A stretch of 64,000 nt of DNA, taken from positions 6,149 to 70,148 of the forward strand of contig DASWGI010000034.1 of assembly GCA_036393835.1 (NCBI GenBank), written 5' to 3'. This document shows, in pieces, positions 8,144-16,885 of the stretch. Numbering within the stretch: position 1 is the first letter of the stretch; each line of letters starts with the position of its first letter. The translations under genes and the position numbers were made by a program. The notes below the pieces were generated by a model that was not told the DNA's origin, made no database searches, and saw only the letters and a program-made list of their open reading frames with translations. Origin of the DNA: Myxococcales bacterium (GTDB lineage: Bacteria > Myxococcota > Myxococcia > Myxococcales > 40CM-4-68-19).

Positions 8144-9523
8144 ATGTCCCTCGACCTGAAAGGCCCGGCCGGGCTGTCCGAGCCGATCGGCGGCAAGGCC
8201 CAGTTGATCGATTACTTCAGGGGCGCCGAGAAGCCGCGCGCCGAGTGGAAGGTCGGGGTCGAGCACGAGAAGATCGGCATCGTCGACGGCACGTTCGAGG
8301 CCGTCCCCTATTACGGGGAAACCGGGATCCGGTCGATCCTCGACGCGCTCGCGCGCGAGGCCGGCGGGGCGCAGCACGCGCACCGCGAGAACGGCCAGCC
8401 GATCGCGGTCCTCAAGGACGGCGCCAGCGTCACCCTCGAGCCGGGCGGCCAACTCGAGCTGTCCGGCGCGCCTCACCGCAGCCTGCGCGCCGCGCGGGAC
8501 GAGATCGAGCGCCACCTCGCGGTCCTCCGGGGCGTCAGCCGGCAGCGCGGCGTGCGTTGGCTGGCGACCGGCTACCGCCCGTTCGGATCGCGCGACGAGG
8601 TGCACTGGATGCCCAAGGGGCGCTACGCCGCGATGCGCAAGTCGCTCGGCCCGCGAGGCCGGCTCGCGCTGGACATGATGCTCATGACCGCCACCGTCCA
8701 GGCGAACCTGGACTGGAGCGACGAGCGGGACCTGGCCGAGAAGGTGCGCGCGGCCAGTTCCGCTTCGCCGCTCGTGACCGCGCTGTTCGCCAACAGCTCG
8801 GTCATCGCCGGGCGCGACAGCGGGTGGCTCGACTTCCGCTACCAGGTCTGGCGCGAGTGCGACCCCGACCGCTGCGGCCTGCTCGAGCCCATGTTCCGCG
8901 ACGGCTGGGGATACGAGGCGTACGTCGACTGGGCCCTGAGCGTCCCGATGCTGTTCGTGCGCCGCGGCTCCGAGTACCTGGATGCGCGCGGCCAGACGTT
9001 CGGCGACTGGCTGCGGACCGGCCGGCTGCGGTCGGGCGGGGTGGCCGAGCCGCGCCTCGGCAACTGGGTGGATCACCTGACCACGCTGTTTCCCGAAGTG
9101 CGGGTCAAGCGGGTGCTCGAGCTGCGCGGCGCGGACATGGTTCCTCCTCCTTACCTGCACGCCCTGGCCGCCGTCTGGGTGGGCCTCCTGCACGACCCCT
9201 CGGTCCGCCAGGCTGCCTGGGAACTGACGAAGGGGTGGACCTTCGCGCAGCGCCTCGAGTTCCAGGGGGACGTCGCGCGACGCGCGCTCGATGCGCAGGG
9301 CCCCGGCGGGCGCACCGCGCGCGACCTGGCCCGCGAGCTGCTCTTCGCCGCGCGCGCCGGGCTGTCCGCCTGGGCCGCCGAATCGGGCGACGACGTGCGC
9401 GGCGCGCTCGATCCGCTCGAGGACGTCCTCGCCCGCGGCACCCTGGCCGAGCGGGCGCTCGTGGTCCTGCAGGAAGCGCGCGGCGATCCCGCCGCGCTGG
9501 TCCGTTTCTGGCAAATCGCCTAG
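8144..9523 (+). CDS. gshA: glutamate--cysteine ligase, plant/alpha-proteobacterial type (GCS2 family)
   Basis: 459 aa with KVGVEHEKIG, VTLEPGGQLELSGAP, MMLMTATVQANLD and FPEVRVKRVLELRGAD, the signature blocks of GSH1-type GCL. Confidence 0.85.
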   Translation: MSLDLKGPAGLSEPIGGKAQLIDYFRGAEKPRAEWKVGVEHEKIGIVDGTFEAVPYYGETGIRSILDALAREAGGAQHAHRENGQPIAVLKDGASVTLEPGGQLELSGAPHRSLRAARDEIERHLAVLRGVSRQRGVRWLATGYRPFGSRDEVHWMPKGRYAAMRKSLGPRGRLALDMMLMTATVQANLDWSDERDLAEKVRAASSASPLVTALFANSSVIAGRDSGWLDFRYQVWRECDPDRCGLLEPMFRDGWGYEAYVDWALSVPMLFVRRGSEYLDARGQTFGDWLRTGRLRSGGVAEPRLGNWVDHLTTLFPEVRVKRVLELRGADMVPPPYLHALAAVWVGLLHDPSVRQAAWELTKGWTFAQRLEFQGDVARRALDAQGPGGRTARDLARELLFAARAGLSAWAAESGDDVRGALDPLEDVLARGTLAERALVVLQEARGDPAALVRFWQIA

Positions 9524-9585
9524 TCGCCGCCGTATTCGGCGGCGCTACGCTTTTCACAGTGCGGACGTTATGGGATGCGCTTTAG
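9524..9585 (+). repeat. intergenic repeat family, archetype unit 1
   Basis: tCGCCGCCG-tatt-CGGCGGCG-ctacgcttttcacagtgcggacgttatgggatgcgctttag begins directly after the gshA TAG. 8-bp perfect stem. Confidence 0.75.
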
Positions 9586-9648
9586 TCGCCGCCCCCCCAA
9601 GCCAGGGCGGCCCGACGCTTTTCATTGTGCGGACATTATGGGATTCAG
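9586..9648 (+). repeat. intergenic repeat family, tandem unit 2
   Basis: tcGCCGCCC-ccccaagcca-GGGCGGC-ccgacgcttttcattgtgcggacattatgggattcag. The hairpin sequence differs from unit 1 but still pairs, and the 3' module is conserved. Confidence 0.7.
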
Positions 9649-9684
9649 CGGAGAACACGGATCCACCACGTGAGGAGATCGAAC

Positions 9685-10308
9685 ATGAAGACCGCCCTGG
9701 CAGTCCTGCTGTTCGCAGCGCCCGCGCTGGCCGTCGAGCTCCAGGTCGACCCGGCCCATTCCACCGCCGGCTTCGCCATCAAGCACATGATGGTGAGCAC
9801 CGTGCACGGCAGCTTCGGGAAGGTCACCGGAACGGTGAACCACGACCCGAAGGACCCGACCAAGAGCAGCGCGAACATCCAGATCGATCCGGCCAGCCTC
9901 GATACTCGTGTCGAGAAGCGCGACGCGCACCTCAAGTCGGCCGACTTCTTCGAAGTGCAGAAGTGCCCGGACATGAGCTTCAAGTCGACCAAGATCGAGA
10001 AGGCGGGCGAGAAGAAGTACAAGGTCACCGGCGACCTCACCATGCACTGCACCACCAAGCCCGTCACCCTCGACGTCGAGGGATTGAACGGTCCGGTGAA
10101 GGGGGCGCAGGGCGCGAACTTGTACGCCGCGACCGCGACCGGCAAGCTGAGCCGGAAGGACTTCGGCCTCACCTGGAACAAGGCGCTGGAAGCCGGTGGC
10201 GTGGCGGTGGGCGACGAAGTGCAGCTGGTCGTTGACCTCGAGATGACCGATTCCCCTCCTGCGGCGAGGAAGGAAGCGCAGGCGGAGACCAAGCCGGCCA
10301 ACAAGTAG
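9685..10308 (+). CDS. YceI family periplasmic protein
   Basis: Starts at ATG 9685 (GAGGAG at 9672-9677), not the track start 9625, which lies in the repeats. Signal peptide MKTALAVLLFAAPALA. VDPAHSTAGFAIKHMMVSTVHGSF, TRVEKRDAHLKSADFF and FGLTWN are typical YceI blocks. Confidence 0.9.
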   Translation: MKTALAVLLFAAPALAVELQVDPAHSTAGFAIKHMMVSTVHGSFGKVTGTVNHDPKDPTKSSANIQIDPASLDTRVEKRDAHLKSADFFEVQKCPDMSFKSTKIEKAGEKKYKVTGDLTMHCTTKPVTLDVEGLNGPVKGAQGANLYAATATGKLSRKDFGLTWNKALEAGGVAVGDEVQLVVDLEMTDSPPAARKEAQAETKPANK

Positions 10309-10333
10309 CGGCAGCGGCGCCCGCGCGGGAGGC

Positions 10334-10687
10334 TCAGCGCCTCCCCGCGAAAACCGGGCAGTCGTTCTGGTCGGCATCGCGGCAGATGCGGACCGATCCG
10401 TTGCAACTGTAATCGCCGCCCGAGTACAGACCGAGCGTCCGGCAATAGGGCACCGCGTCCGGGCAGTCCCCGTCGGATCCGCAGCGCAGGTGGCAGAGAC
10501 CGTCTCCGACGTCCCGGCAACCGAGCTTGTCGCCGGGCGGCAGCAGACTGCAGCTCTGATCGACGTAGATGAAGTCCTGCGCACCGCAGGTCCGAGACGG
10601 GCGGCCGCAAGCGGCGGCGAACAGAGCGATCGCGACGACGAGACGCACGCAGGGAATCTGGCCGGTCGCCTGCCGGGAGCCAAGCAT
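10334..10687 (-). CDS. small Cys-rich lipoprotein
   Basis: ORF 10334..10711; the internal ATG at 10687 is preferred. Lipobox LFAAAC, then about 12 further Cys in about 90 aa (CGAQD...CSLL...CRDVGDGLCHLRCGSDGDCPD...). Family unknown. Confidence 0.5.
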   Translation of the reverse strand: MLGSRQATGQIPCVRLVVAIALFAAACGRPSRTCGAQDFIYVDQSCSLLPPGDKLGCRDVGDGLCHLRCGSDGDCPDAVPYCRTLGLYSGGDYSCNGSVRICRDADQNDCPVFAGRR

Positions 10688-10833
10688 TGCGGACCAGGCA
10701 GCGTCCGGCATCTGACTGCCGTTGTTCGGTCCTCGGACGCGGAATGCACGATCTGCTGACCGTCACGCCGCGAATCGCCTTGCGTCCCGTGCTGCCGCGC
10801 GGCTAGGTTGCGCCCCCTCGCCGGGAGATCTCG

Positions 10834-11808
10834 ATGGCGCGCCCAGCGCTCCAGATCGGCTATCACGACCACTGCTTCGACGGAGTCGCGTCCTCGGCCA
10901 CCTTCTTGCGGTTCTATCGGGAGAAGGTCCTGCCCGGGCTCGCGATGGACCAGGTCGCCTTCCGCGGGCTCGCGCACCGCGCCGGGCAGATCTTCGGCGA
11001 GGAAGCCTTCGCGGGCCAGGAGAACGCGGTGGTCGACTTCCGCTATACCAAGGACCCGCGCCTCACCTGGTGGTTCGACCACCACCAGAGCGCGTTCGAG
11101 TCGCCGGCGGACGAGGCGCATTTCCGCGCCGACCGCTCGGGAAGGAAGTTCTGGGACCCGACCGCGAAGAGCTGCACGCGCTTCCTCGCCCGCGTCTGCC
11201 AGGAGCGGTTCGGCTGGGACTTCTCTTCCTTGCAGGAGCTCGTCGACTGGGCGGAGGTGATCGACGGAGCGCAGTTCCCCGACGCGAAGACGGCGGTCGA
11301 GCTGACCCAGCCGGCGATGCAGCTCATGCTGCTCATCGAAGCCACCAAGGACCCCGAGCTCTGCCCGCGGCTCATCCGCGATCTCTCGCAGCGGCCGCTC
11401 TCGGAGGTGCTGCGCGAGCCCTGGGTGCTGCAGCCGCTCGCGCCGCTGCTCGCCCGGCACCGCGATCTCGTGCGCACGGTGACGCAACGCCTGCGCGTCG
11501 ATGGCGCGGTCGCGGAGTACGACCTGGCCGACCTGGGCGTAGACAACGTGAACAAGTTCATCGCCTACGCGGCCGATCCCTCCACGGTGTACACGGTCGC
11601 GGTCACCCGCGGCCCGAATCGCAGCAAGGTGTCCTTGGGCTCCAATCCCTGGAAGCAGGACCTGCGCCGCCACAACCTGGCCCGCATCGCCGAACGCTAC
11701 GGCGGTGGCGGCCACCCCGCCGTGGCCGCGATCAGCTTCAAGCCCGAGCAGCTCGAAGAGGCGCGTTCAGCGGCCCGCACGATCGCCGCCGAGCTGCGCA
11801 ACGGCTGA
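10834..11808 (+). CDS. DHH/DHHA1 family phosphoesterase
   Basis: 324 aa with HDHCFDG near the N-terminus, WWFDHHQS (DHH motif) and RYGGGGHPAVAAI (DHHA1 GGGH motif). Confidence 0.75.
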   Translation: MARPALQIGYHDHCFDGVASSATFLRFYREKVLPGLAMDQVAFRGLAHRAGQIFGEEAFAGQENAVVDFRYTKDPRLTWWFDHHQSAFESPADEAHFRADRSGRKFWDPTAKSCTRFLARVCQERFGWDFSSLQELVDWAEVIDGAQFPDAKTAVELTQPAMQLMLLIEATKDPELCPRLIRDLSQRPLSEVLREPWVLQPLAPLLARHRDLVRTVTQRLRVDGAVAEYDLADLGVDNVNKFIAYAADPSTVYTVAVTRGPNRSKVSLGSNPWKQDLRRHNLARIAERYGGGGHPAVAAISFKPEQLEEARSAARTIAAELRNG

Positions 11809-11830
11809 GCCTCGCCGCAGGTGCGCTGCC

Positions 11831-13369
11831 TCAGGCCGTCGCGACCACGGGCCAGCGCGCCAGCGCGGGGAGGCGCACCCTGCCGTCCGGCGGGCGCGCC
11901 GCGGGAACGGGCCGCACCTCGCGCTCGGCGAAGGCGCGCTTCCAGGAGGCGAAGGACCCTCCCGCGCGCCAGGCCTGCTCGGCCGCGAGCCCCGCCTCGG
12001 CGCCGCCTTGCGCGAGCACGTACTCGACCCACGCCCAGCGCGCGCTGGTGGGCCGGACCTCCGCCCTCCCGCGCAGCCGCGCGCGGAGGAAGGCGAGCTT
12101 CGCCTCCACCTCGGGGACGCCGGCGTACGGCGCTCCGTCCATGGGCGTGTTGCGCTTCGCCACGAACGGCGCGCAGCCGAACGAGAGCGGCACGATGCGC
12201 GAGATCTCTTCCGAGAGCCGCGCGAGCTCGGCGAGGTCGTCCTCCGTCTCTCCGGGCAAGCCGACCATCAGGTACAGCTTGAGCTTGTGGAACCCCGCCT
12301 CGCGCGCCAGCTCCGCGACCCGCAGCAGCTGCGCCGAGGTGGTGCGCCGGTCGAGGGCCTTGCGCAGGCGCTCGCTCGCGCCGTCCGCCGCGGTGGTCAG
12401 CGTCCTCGCTCCGGCGCGCTTGAGGAGCGAGACCAGCTCCGGCCGCGCGCAGAGGCGGTCCGCCCGCAAGCTGGAGATGCCCACCTCCCGCCCGTCGTCG
12501 ATCAGCGTCCGCACCAGCTCCACGATGCGCGGGTGGTCGGTGACCGCCGCGCCCACCAGGCCCACGCGCCGCGCGCCCTCGGGGATTAGCTCGAGCACGC
12601 GCTCCGGCGTCACCGTGCGCATGCCGCCGTTGGTGGTGCGGCGCATGACGCAGTAGGTGCACCCGCGCGAGCACCCCCGCTCCGGCTCGATGAGGAACAT
12701 GTTCCGCAGCTCGGTGTGCGGGGTGACGATCTGCGACCGCGCCGGGAGCCGGCCGTCGTCCGCCTTGACCACCGGCGGGGGCGACGGAGCGAGCGCCGGA
12801 GCCCAGAAGCCCGGCCGGCGCGCGAGACGCTCGACCAGCTCGCGCTTGCTCCCCGCGGCGCCCAGCGCGTCGCACAGCTCGTGGACCAGGTCCTCCGACT
12901 CGCCCATCACCACCAGGTCCGCGAACGCAGCGAGCGGGACGGGGTTCGAGAAGGTGAGCGGCCCGCCGCACACGATGATCGGATGCGAGTCCGCGCGGTC
13001 CGCCGCGCGCACCGGCAACCCGGACAGGTCGAGCATCTCGAGCAGGCCGGTCAGCTCCAGCTCGTAGCTGATCGAGAATGCGAGAGCGGCGAACTCCCCG
13101 ATCGGCCGCTGCGTCTCGACCGTGCACACGGGGACGCGGGCGGCGCGATGGCCCTCCACGTCCTCGGGCAGGAAGGCCCGCTCGGCCGCGCACCCGCGGT
13201 GCCCGTTGAGCTCCCGGTAGATGGTCTGGAACCCCAGCGAGCTCATCCCCACGTGGTACGGGCTCGGATAGCAGAGCGCCACCCGCGTCGCCCCCGGGCT
13301 CGAGAGGGTCCCCTGCTCGTCGGCGAGGCGGGCCCGCAAGGGTTCGAGGAGGGCCCATCGGCTCTGCAT
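11831..13369 (-). CDS. B12-binding-domain radical SAM protein
   Basis: Real part of ORF 11831..14155, starting at ATG 13369. IEPERGCSRGCTYC provides the CxxxCxxC cluster. N-terminal cobalamin-binding-like region (PIIVCGGP). The upstream 260 codons of the track ORF look non-coding. Confidence 0.85.
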   Translation of the reverse strand: MQSRWALLEPLRARLADEQGTLSSPGATRVALCYPSPYHVGMSSLGFQTIYRELNGHRGCAAERAFLPEDVEGHRAARVPVCTVETQRPIGEFAALAFSISYELELTGLLEMLDLSGLPVRAADRADSHPIIVCGGPLTFSNPVPLAAFADLVVMGESEDLVHELCDALGAAGSKRELVERLARRPGFWAPALAPSPPPVVKADDGRLPARSQIVTPHTELRNMFLIEPERGCSRGCTYCVMRRTTNGGMRTVTPERVLELIPEGARRVGLVGAAVTDHPRIVELVRTLIDDGREVGISSLRADRLCARPELVSLLKRAGARTLTTAADGASERLRKALDRRTTSAQLLRVAELAREAGFHKLKLYLMVGLPGETEDDLAELARLSEEISRIVPLSFGCAPFVAKRNTPMDGAPYAGVPEVEAKLAFLRARLRGRAEVRPTSARWAWVEYVLAQGGAEAGLAAEQAWRAGGSFASWKRAFAEREVRPVPAARPPDGRVRLPALARWPVVATA

Positions 13370-13403
13370 GCGCGCTGGAGGTAACACGCGAGGGGCGGGG
13401 AAG

Positions 13404-13423
13404 CCATCCGGCCGGCCGGATGG
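13404..13423. promoter_or_regulatory. perfect 20-bp palindrome CCATCCGGCCGGCCGGATGG in a divergent intergenic region
   Basis: The sequence is self-complementary over all 20 nt. It is centred in the 66-nt gap between the radical SAM gene (start 13369, minus) and the lipoprotein gene (start 13436, plus). Confidence 0.5.
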
Positions 13424-13435
13424 TACAGATCCGCC

Positions 13436-14461
13436 ATGCGGCCCTGCCTGGCGTGGTGCGTGCTGCTGTGTGCTTGCGCCGAGTGGGGACGGCCGCCGCT
13501 GACCGCGCCGTATCGCGCGGGCGAGCCGCTGCTGCAGGAGCAGGCGCTCGTCGGCCTGGCCCCCGACGGCGCCGCCGCCGCGGTGCAGCTGATCGACGCG
13601 GAGGGGGTGGCGCCCCGGCTCGAGCTGCTCGCGCTCGACCCGCGCGGCGGGGAGACGCGGCGCCTCGCGGCCGCTCCGGAAGGAGCCGCCCGAGCCGCCG
13701 CGCGGAAGCTGCGCGCCGAAGGGCGGCGCCCCGTACCGCTCCTCGCCCGCATCGTCGCCGAGGAATGGCCGGAGGCGCAGGCCGCCGCCACCGCGTCCGG
13801 GTTCTCTCCCCGGGCGCCGGCAGCGCCCGAGCCCGGCAAGCGCCGGTGGCCCGTCACCGGCGCGCCCGGAGCGGGATCGTTGCCTCTGGTCCTGCGCACG
13901 GAGTTGACCGCCGGCGATCCTCCCGCGTTCGTGCTGCTGCTCGGCGAGCGCCCCGGCGGAGAGGTGGGCGGGGACGAGGTGGAGCTGGTCCGGCAGCCCA
14001 TCGCGGGAACGCCGGTCGAGGGAGAGCTGTGGCTGTGGAAACGGACGGCGTGGCTCCTCTCGGGGTCCGTCGGCGAGGACGAGCCGCTGCGGCGGGCGGT
14101 GGGCCTGCGGCGCGGGTCGCTGGCGCGCGGGGAGTCGCAGATCCACAACGCGCACGGTTTCTCCGACTACTCCGCCGGCGATCTCGACGCCGCCCGCCGA
14201 GAGTTCGACCGGGCCATCGCCGCGGATCCCCGCTTCGTCGACGCGCTCTACAACGCAGCCTCGACGGCGGCCCTCGCCGACCGCCCGGCCGAGGCGGTCG
14301 CGTACCTCCGCCGCGCGGTCGAGGTGGATGCGCGGCGCGTGCAGGTCCTGGGCAGGGACGACGACGACCTGAAGCTGCTCCGCCGGCGGCCGGACGTGCG
14401 GGCGCTCCTGGGGTTGAAGCGGCCGCCGCCCGAAACGTCAGAGGATGGGAAGGACCGCTGA
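13436..14461 (+). CDS. putative lipoprotein with C-terminal TPR-like repeats
   Basis: 341 aa. Signal/lipobox-like MRPCLAWCVLLCAC. The C-terminal AGDLDAARREFDRAIAADPRFVDALYNAASTAAL...AVAYLRRAVEVD is TPR-like. Confidence 0.6.
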   Translation: MRPCLAWCVLLCACAEWGRPPLTAPYRAGEPLLQEQALVGLAPDGAAAAVQLIDAEGVAPRLELLALDPRGGETRRLAAAPEGAARAAARKLRAEGRRPVPLLARIVAEEWPEAQAAATASGFSPRAPAAPEPGKRRWPVTGAPGAGSLPLVLRTELTAGDPPAFVLLLGERPGGEVGGDEVELVRQPIAGTPVEGELWLWKRTAWLLSGSVGEDEPLRRAVGLRRGSLARGESQIHNAHGFSDYSAGDLDAARREFDRAIAADPRFVDALYNAASTAALADRPAEAVAYLRRAVEVDARRVQVLGRDDDDLKLLRRRPDVRALLGLKRPPPETSEDGKDR

Positions 14462-14518
14462 GGCAAGGTGCCGGTTATGGTAGCGTCCGCCACCCCCGAG
14501 GAAGGAACCAAGGCCGCG

Positions 14519-15526
14519 ATGCGTACTCCCAACCACCCGCGCCTTCGTGGCGCGTGCCGCCTGCGCTCCGCTGCCACCGCCCTTGCCGCATCCTGCGCGT
14601 TCCTGCTGGCCTGTGCCGGTCTGCCGGCGGCGGCGCAGGCCGCCCCGCAGGCGCAGCCCGCGCCTTCCGCCGGGCGAGGTCTTTCCGAGGAGCAGGCGCG
14701 GCGGATCGTCCCGCGCGCCGACCTCTCGGGCCTGAGCGACGAGCAGCGCGCCCAGTTCCTCGAGGTGGCTGGAGACGTGTTCGACTACGCCGGCTGCAAG
14801 GACACCCTGGCGAAGTGCCTGGGCGCGAACGTGCAGGACGTGCACGCGGTGCGCATGGCCGAGCTGGTCAAGGCGCTGCTCCTCGAAGGCGGCACGCCGT
14901 CGCGCCTGATCGAAACGGTCGAGAGCTACTACGCCTCGTTCGACGCCTCCAAGCGCCAGGCGCTCAAGACGAACGACTGCCCGATGCTGGGCGACCCGAA
15001 GGCTCCCGTCGCGGTGGTCGAGTTCAGCGACTACCAGTGCCCGCACTGCGCGGTCGCCAACAAGCCGCTGCACGACCTCGTCACCGGCCCCGAGAAGGGC
15101 AAGGCGAGATTGTGCTCGAAGTTCTTCCCGCTCCCCGGCCATGCGCGCGCGCGCATCGCCGCCGGCTGCGCCGAGTACGCCCGCCGCCAAGGCAAGTTCT
15201 GGCCGATGAACGACCTGCTCTTCGCCCACCAGGACGAGCTGGACGACGACAGCCTCAAGGGCTACGCGAGGCAGCTCGGGCTCGACGGCGCGCAGATGCT
15301 CAAGGAGGTCTACGCCGGCCGCTTCGAAGGCGTGATCGAGGCCCACCTGCAGGAGGGAATCGCCGCGCGGGTGCAGGCGACCCCCACCGTGTTCGTCAAC
15401 GGCCGCCAGCACGTGCTGCCCATGAAGCTGCAGTTCCTCCAGCGGTCGGTCGAGGACGAGCTGGAGTGGCAGCAGAACAAGGCGTTCGTCTACGAGGGAC
15501 GCGACGGCCGGGAGAAGAAGGGTTGA
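14519..15526 (+). CDS. DsbA-family thiol:disulfide oxidoreductase (secreted)
   Basis: ORF 14468..15526; ATG 14519 is preferred. Signal sequence ...AFLLACAGLPAAAQA. Thioredoxin-fold active site FSDYQCPHCA. ATPTVFVNG is typical of DsbA-like proteins. Confidence 0.8.
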   Translation: MRTPNHPRLRGACRLRSAATALAASCAFLLACAGLPAAAQAAPQAQPAPSAGRGLSEEQARRIVPRADLSGLSDEQRAQFLEVAGDVFDYAGCKDTLAKCLGANVQDVHAVRMAELVKALLLEGGTPSRLIETVESYYASFDASKRQALKTNDCPMLGDPKAPVAVVEFSDYQCPHCAVANKPLHDLVTGPEKGKARLCSKFFPLPGHARARIAAGCAEYARRQGKFWPMNDLLFAHQDELDDDSLKGYARQLGLDGAQMLKEVYAGRFEGVIEAHLQEGIAARVQATPTVFVNGRQHVLPMKLQFLQRSVEDELEWQQNKAFVYEGRDGREKKG

Positions 15527-15673
15527 CACAGGTCCCGGCGGCAAGCGCCGGGCGCTCCGCGAGGGTTCCCCCCCCGCCGACCTGCTGAACTTCCTCCACA
15601 ACGGGCGGCGCGACGGCGTGCTGCTCGCGCGGAGCGGCGGGACGGAGCGCGCGGTGGCGCTGATCCATCTGCT

Positions 15674-15730
15674 CGTCGCGCAGAGCGGCGCTACGCTTTT
15701 CAAAGCGCGGGCGCTAAGGGATGCATTCAG
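15674..15730 (+). repeat. intergenic repeat family copy (weak hairpin, good 3' module)
   Basis: cgtcgcgcagagcggcg-ctacgcttttcaaagcgcgggcgctaagggatgcattcag. The last 10 nt overlap the annotated truD ATG at 15721. Confidence 0.6.
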
Positions 15731-16800
15731 TGGCCGGTCTGCTCAGTCCGCGCGAGGTGCCGCTGCTGACGCCCCAACTGCCGGGGACCTCGGGCTTGGT
15801 GCGCGTGTCCGAGCAGGACTTCCGCGTGGAGGAGCTGCCGCTCTACGAGGCCCGCGGCGAGGGCGGGCACCTTCTACTCCTGGTCGAGAAGTCGGGCCGG
15901 ACCACGCCCGAGGTCGCGCGCGAGCTGGCGATCGCGCTCGCCGTTCGCGAGCGCGAGGTGGGCTACGCGGGGCTGAAGGACAAGCGCGCGGTCGCCGTGC
16001 AGCGGTTCAGCGTCCCGGTGCCGCCGCGCAGCCCGGACTTCGCGCGGCGCGGCGCTGCCGCGGCGGGGACGGGCTGGCGCGTGCTGTCGGCCGCGCTCCA
16101 CGGGAACAAGCTGCGGCCCGGACACCTGCGCGGGAACCGCTTCCGGATCGTGGTGCGCGGCGTGGTGGAGGGCGCGCTGGAGCGGGCCGAGCGCGTCTGT
16201 GCCGAGCTGCGGTCGCGCGGGGCGCCCAACCTGTACGGCGCGCAGCGGTTCGGGCAGCGCGGCGACAACGCCGCGCTGGGCGCGGCCATCCTCCGGCGCG
16301 AGGCGGCGCCGCGCGATCGGTTCCTCCACCGGCTCGCGCTCTCCGCGTTGCAGGCGGAGCTGTTCAACCGCTGCCTGTCGGCCCGGCTGCGCGACGGCCT
16401 GTTCGATGTGGCCATCCCGGGGGACGTGCTGCGCAAGCGGCAGACGGGCGGTCTGTTCGTGTGCGAGGACGCTTCCGCGGACACGCCGCGCGTCAAGGCA
16501 GGCGAGGTCGATCCCACGGGCCCTCTCCCCGGCCATTCCCTGTTCGCCACCCGCGCCGACGCTCTCGCCCGCGAAGCCGCCGTCGTCTCCGAGGCAGGCG
16601 TGGATCCCCGTTCCTTCGCCGCCGGCGGCGGCGAGATGGAAGGGTCGAGGCGCCCCTACCGGGTCGCGGTGGAGGACCTCCGCGTCGAGGCAGCGGGCGC
16701 GGACGCAGTGGTGCTCGAGTTCGCGCTTCCCAGGGGCAGCTATGCAGCATGCGTCCTGCGGGAGGTGATGAAGGAGGGCCCTCCTGCGGAGGAGGACTGA
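15721..16800 (+). CDS. truD: tRNA pseudouridine(13) synthase TruD
   Basis: 359 aa with FRVEELP, GYAGLKDKRAVAVQ (catalytic Asp block) and LYGAQRFG. The start may instead be the in-frame GTG at 15730. Confidence 0.9.
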   Translation: MHSVAGLLSPREVPLLTPQLPGTSGLVRVSEQDFRVEELPLYEARGEGGHLLLLVEKSGRTTPEVARELAIALAVREREVGYAGLKDKRAVAVQRFSVPVPPRSPDFARRGAAAAGTGWRVLSAALHGNKLRPGHLRGNRFRIVVRGVVEGALERAERVCAELRSRGAPNLYGAQRFGQRGDNAALGAAILRREAAPRDRFLHRLALSALQAELFNRCLSARLRDGLFDVAIPGDVLRKRQTGGLFVCEDASADTPRVKAGEVDPTGPLPGHSLFATRADALAREAAVVSEAGVDPRSFAAGGGEMEGSRRPYRVAVEDLRVEAAGADAVVLEFALPRGSYAACVLREVMKEGPPAEED

Positions 16801-16846
16801 TTGCGAAGGCCGACGGCGACGCCGTCCGCTGGCCGCGATTGAACCT

Positions 16847-16875
16847 TTGACCGGTTCCTCCGCACGAGGTAGCAC
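16847..16875 (+). promoter_or_regulatory. promoter candidate TTGACC-N17-TAGCAC, 10 nt before ATG 16886 (near-leaderless)
   Basis: TTGACC at 16847-16852 and TAGCAC at 16870-16875. There is no SD before the ATG at 16886. Confidence 0.35.
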
Positions 16876-16885
16876 ATTGGTTCCA

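Noticed and set aside
9625-9684. Track start codon 9625 for the YceI gene
   Set aside because: It lies inside repeat unit 2 and adds a non-signal-like 20-aa extension. ATG 9685 has a GAGGAG RBS and starts a canonical signal peptide.
15618-15720. Protein-like translation (ADLLNFLHNGRRDGVLLARSGGTERAVALIHLLVAQSG...) in the dsbA-truD gap, and peptide-like reading of the repeat units (GGATLFTVRTLWDAL)
   Set aside because: The ORF 15618..16850 runs out of frame through truD. Indels between repeat copies destroy any common reading frame, so the conservation is at the nucleotide/structure level.
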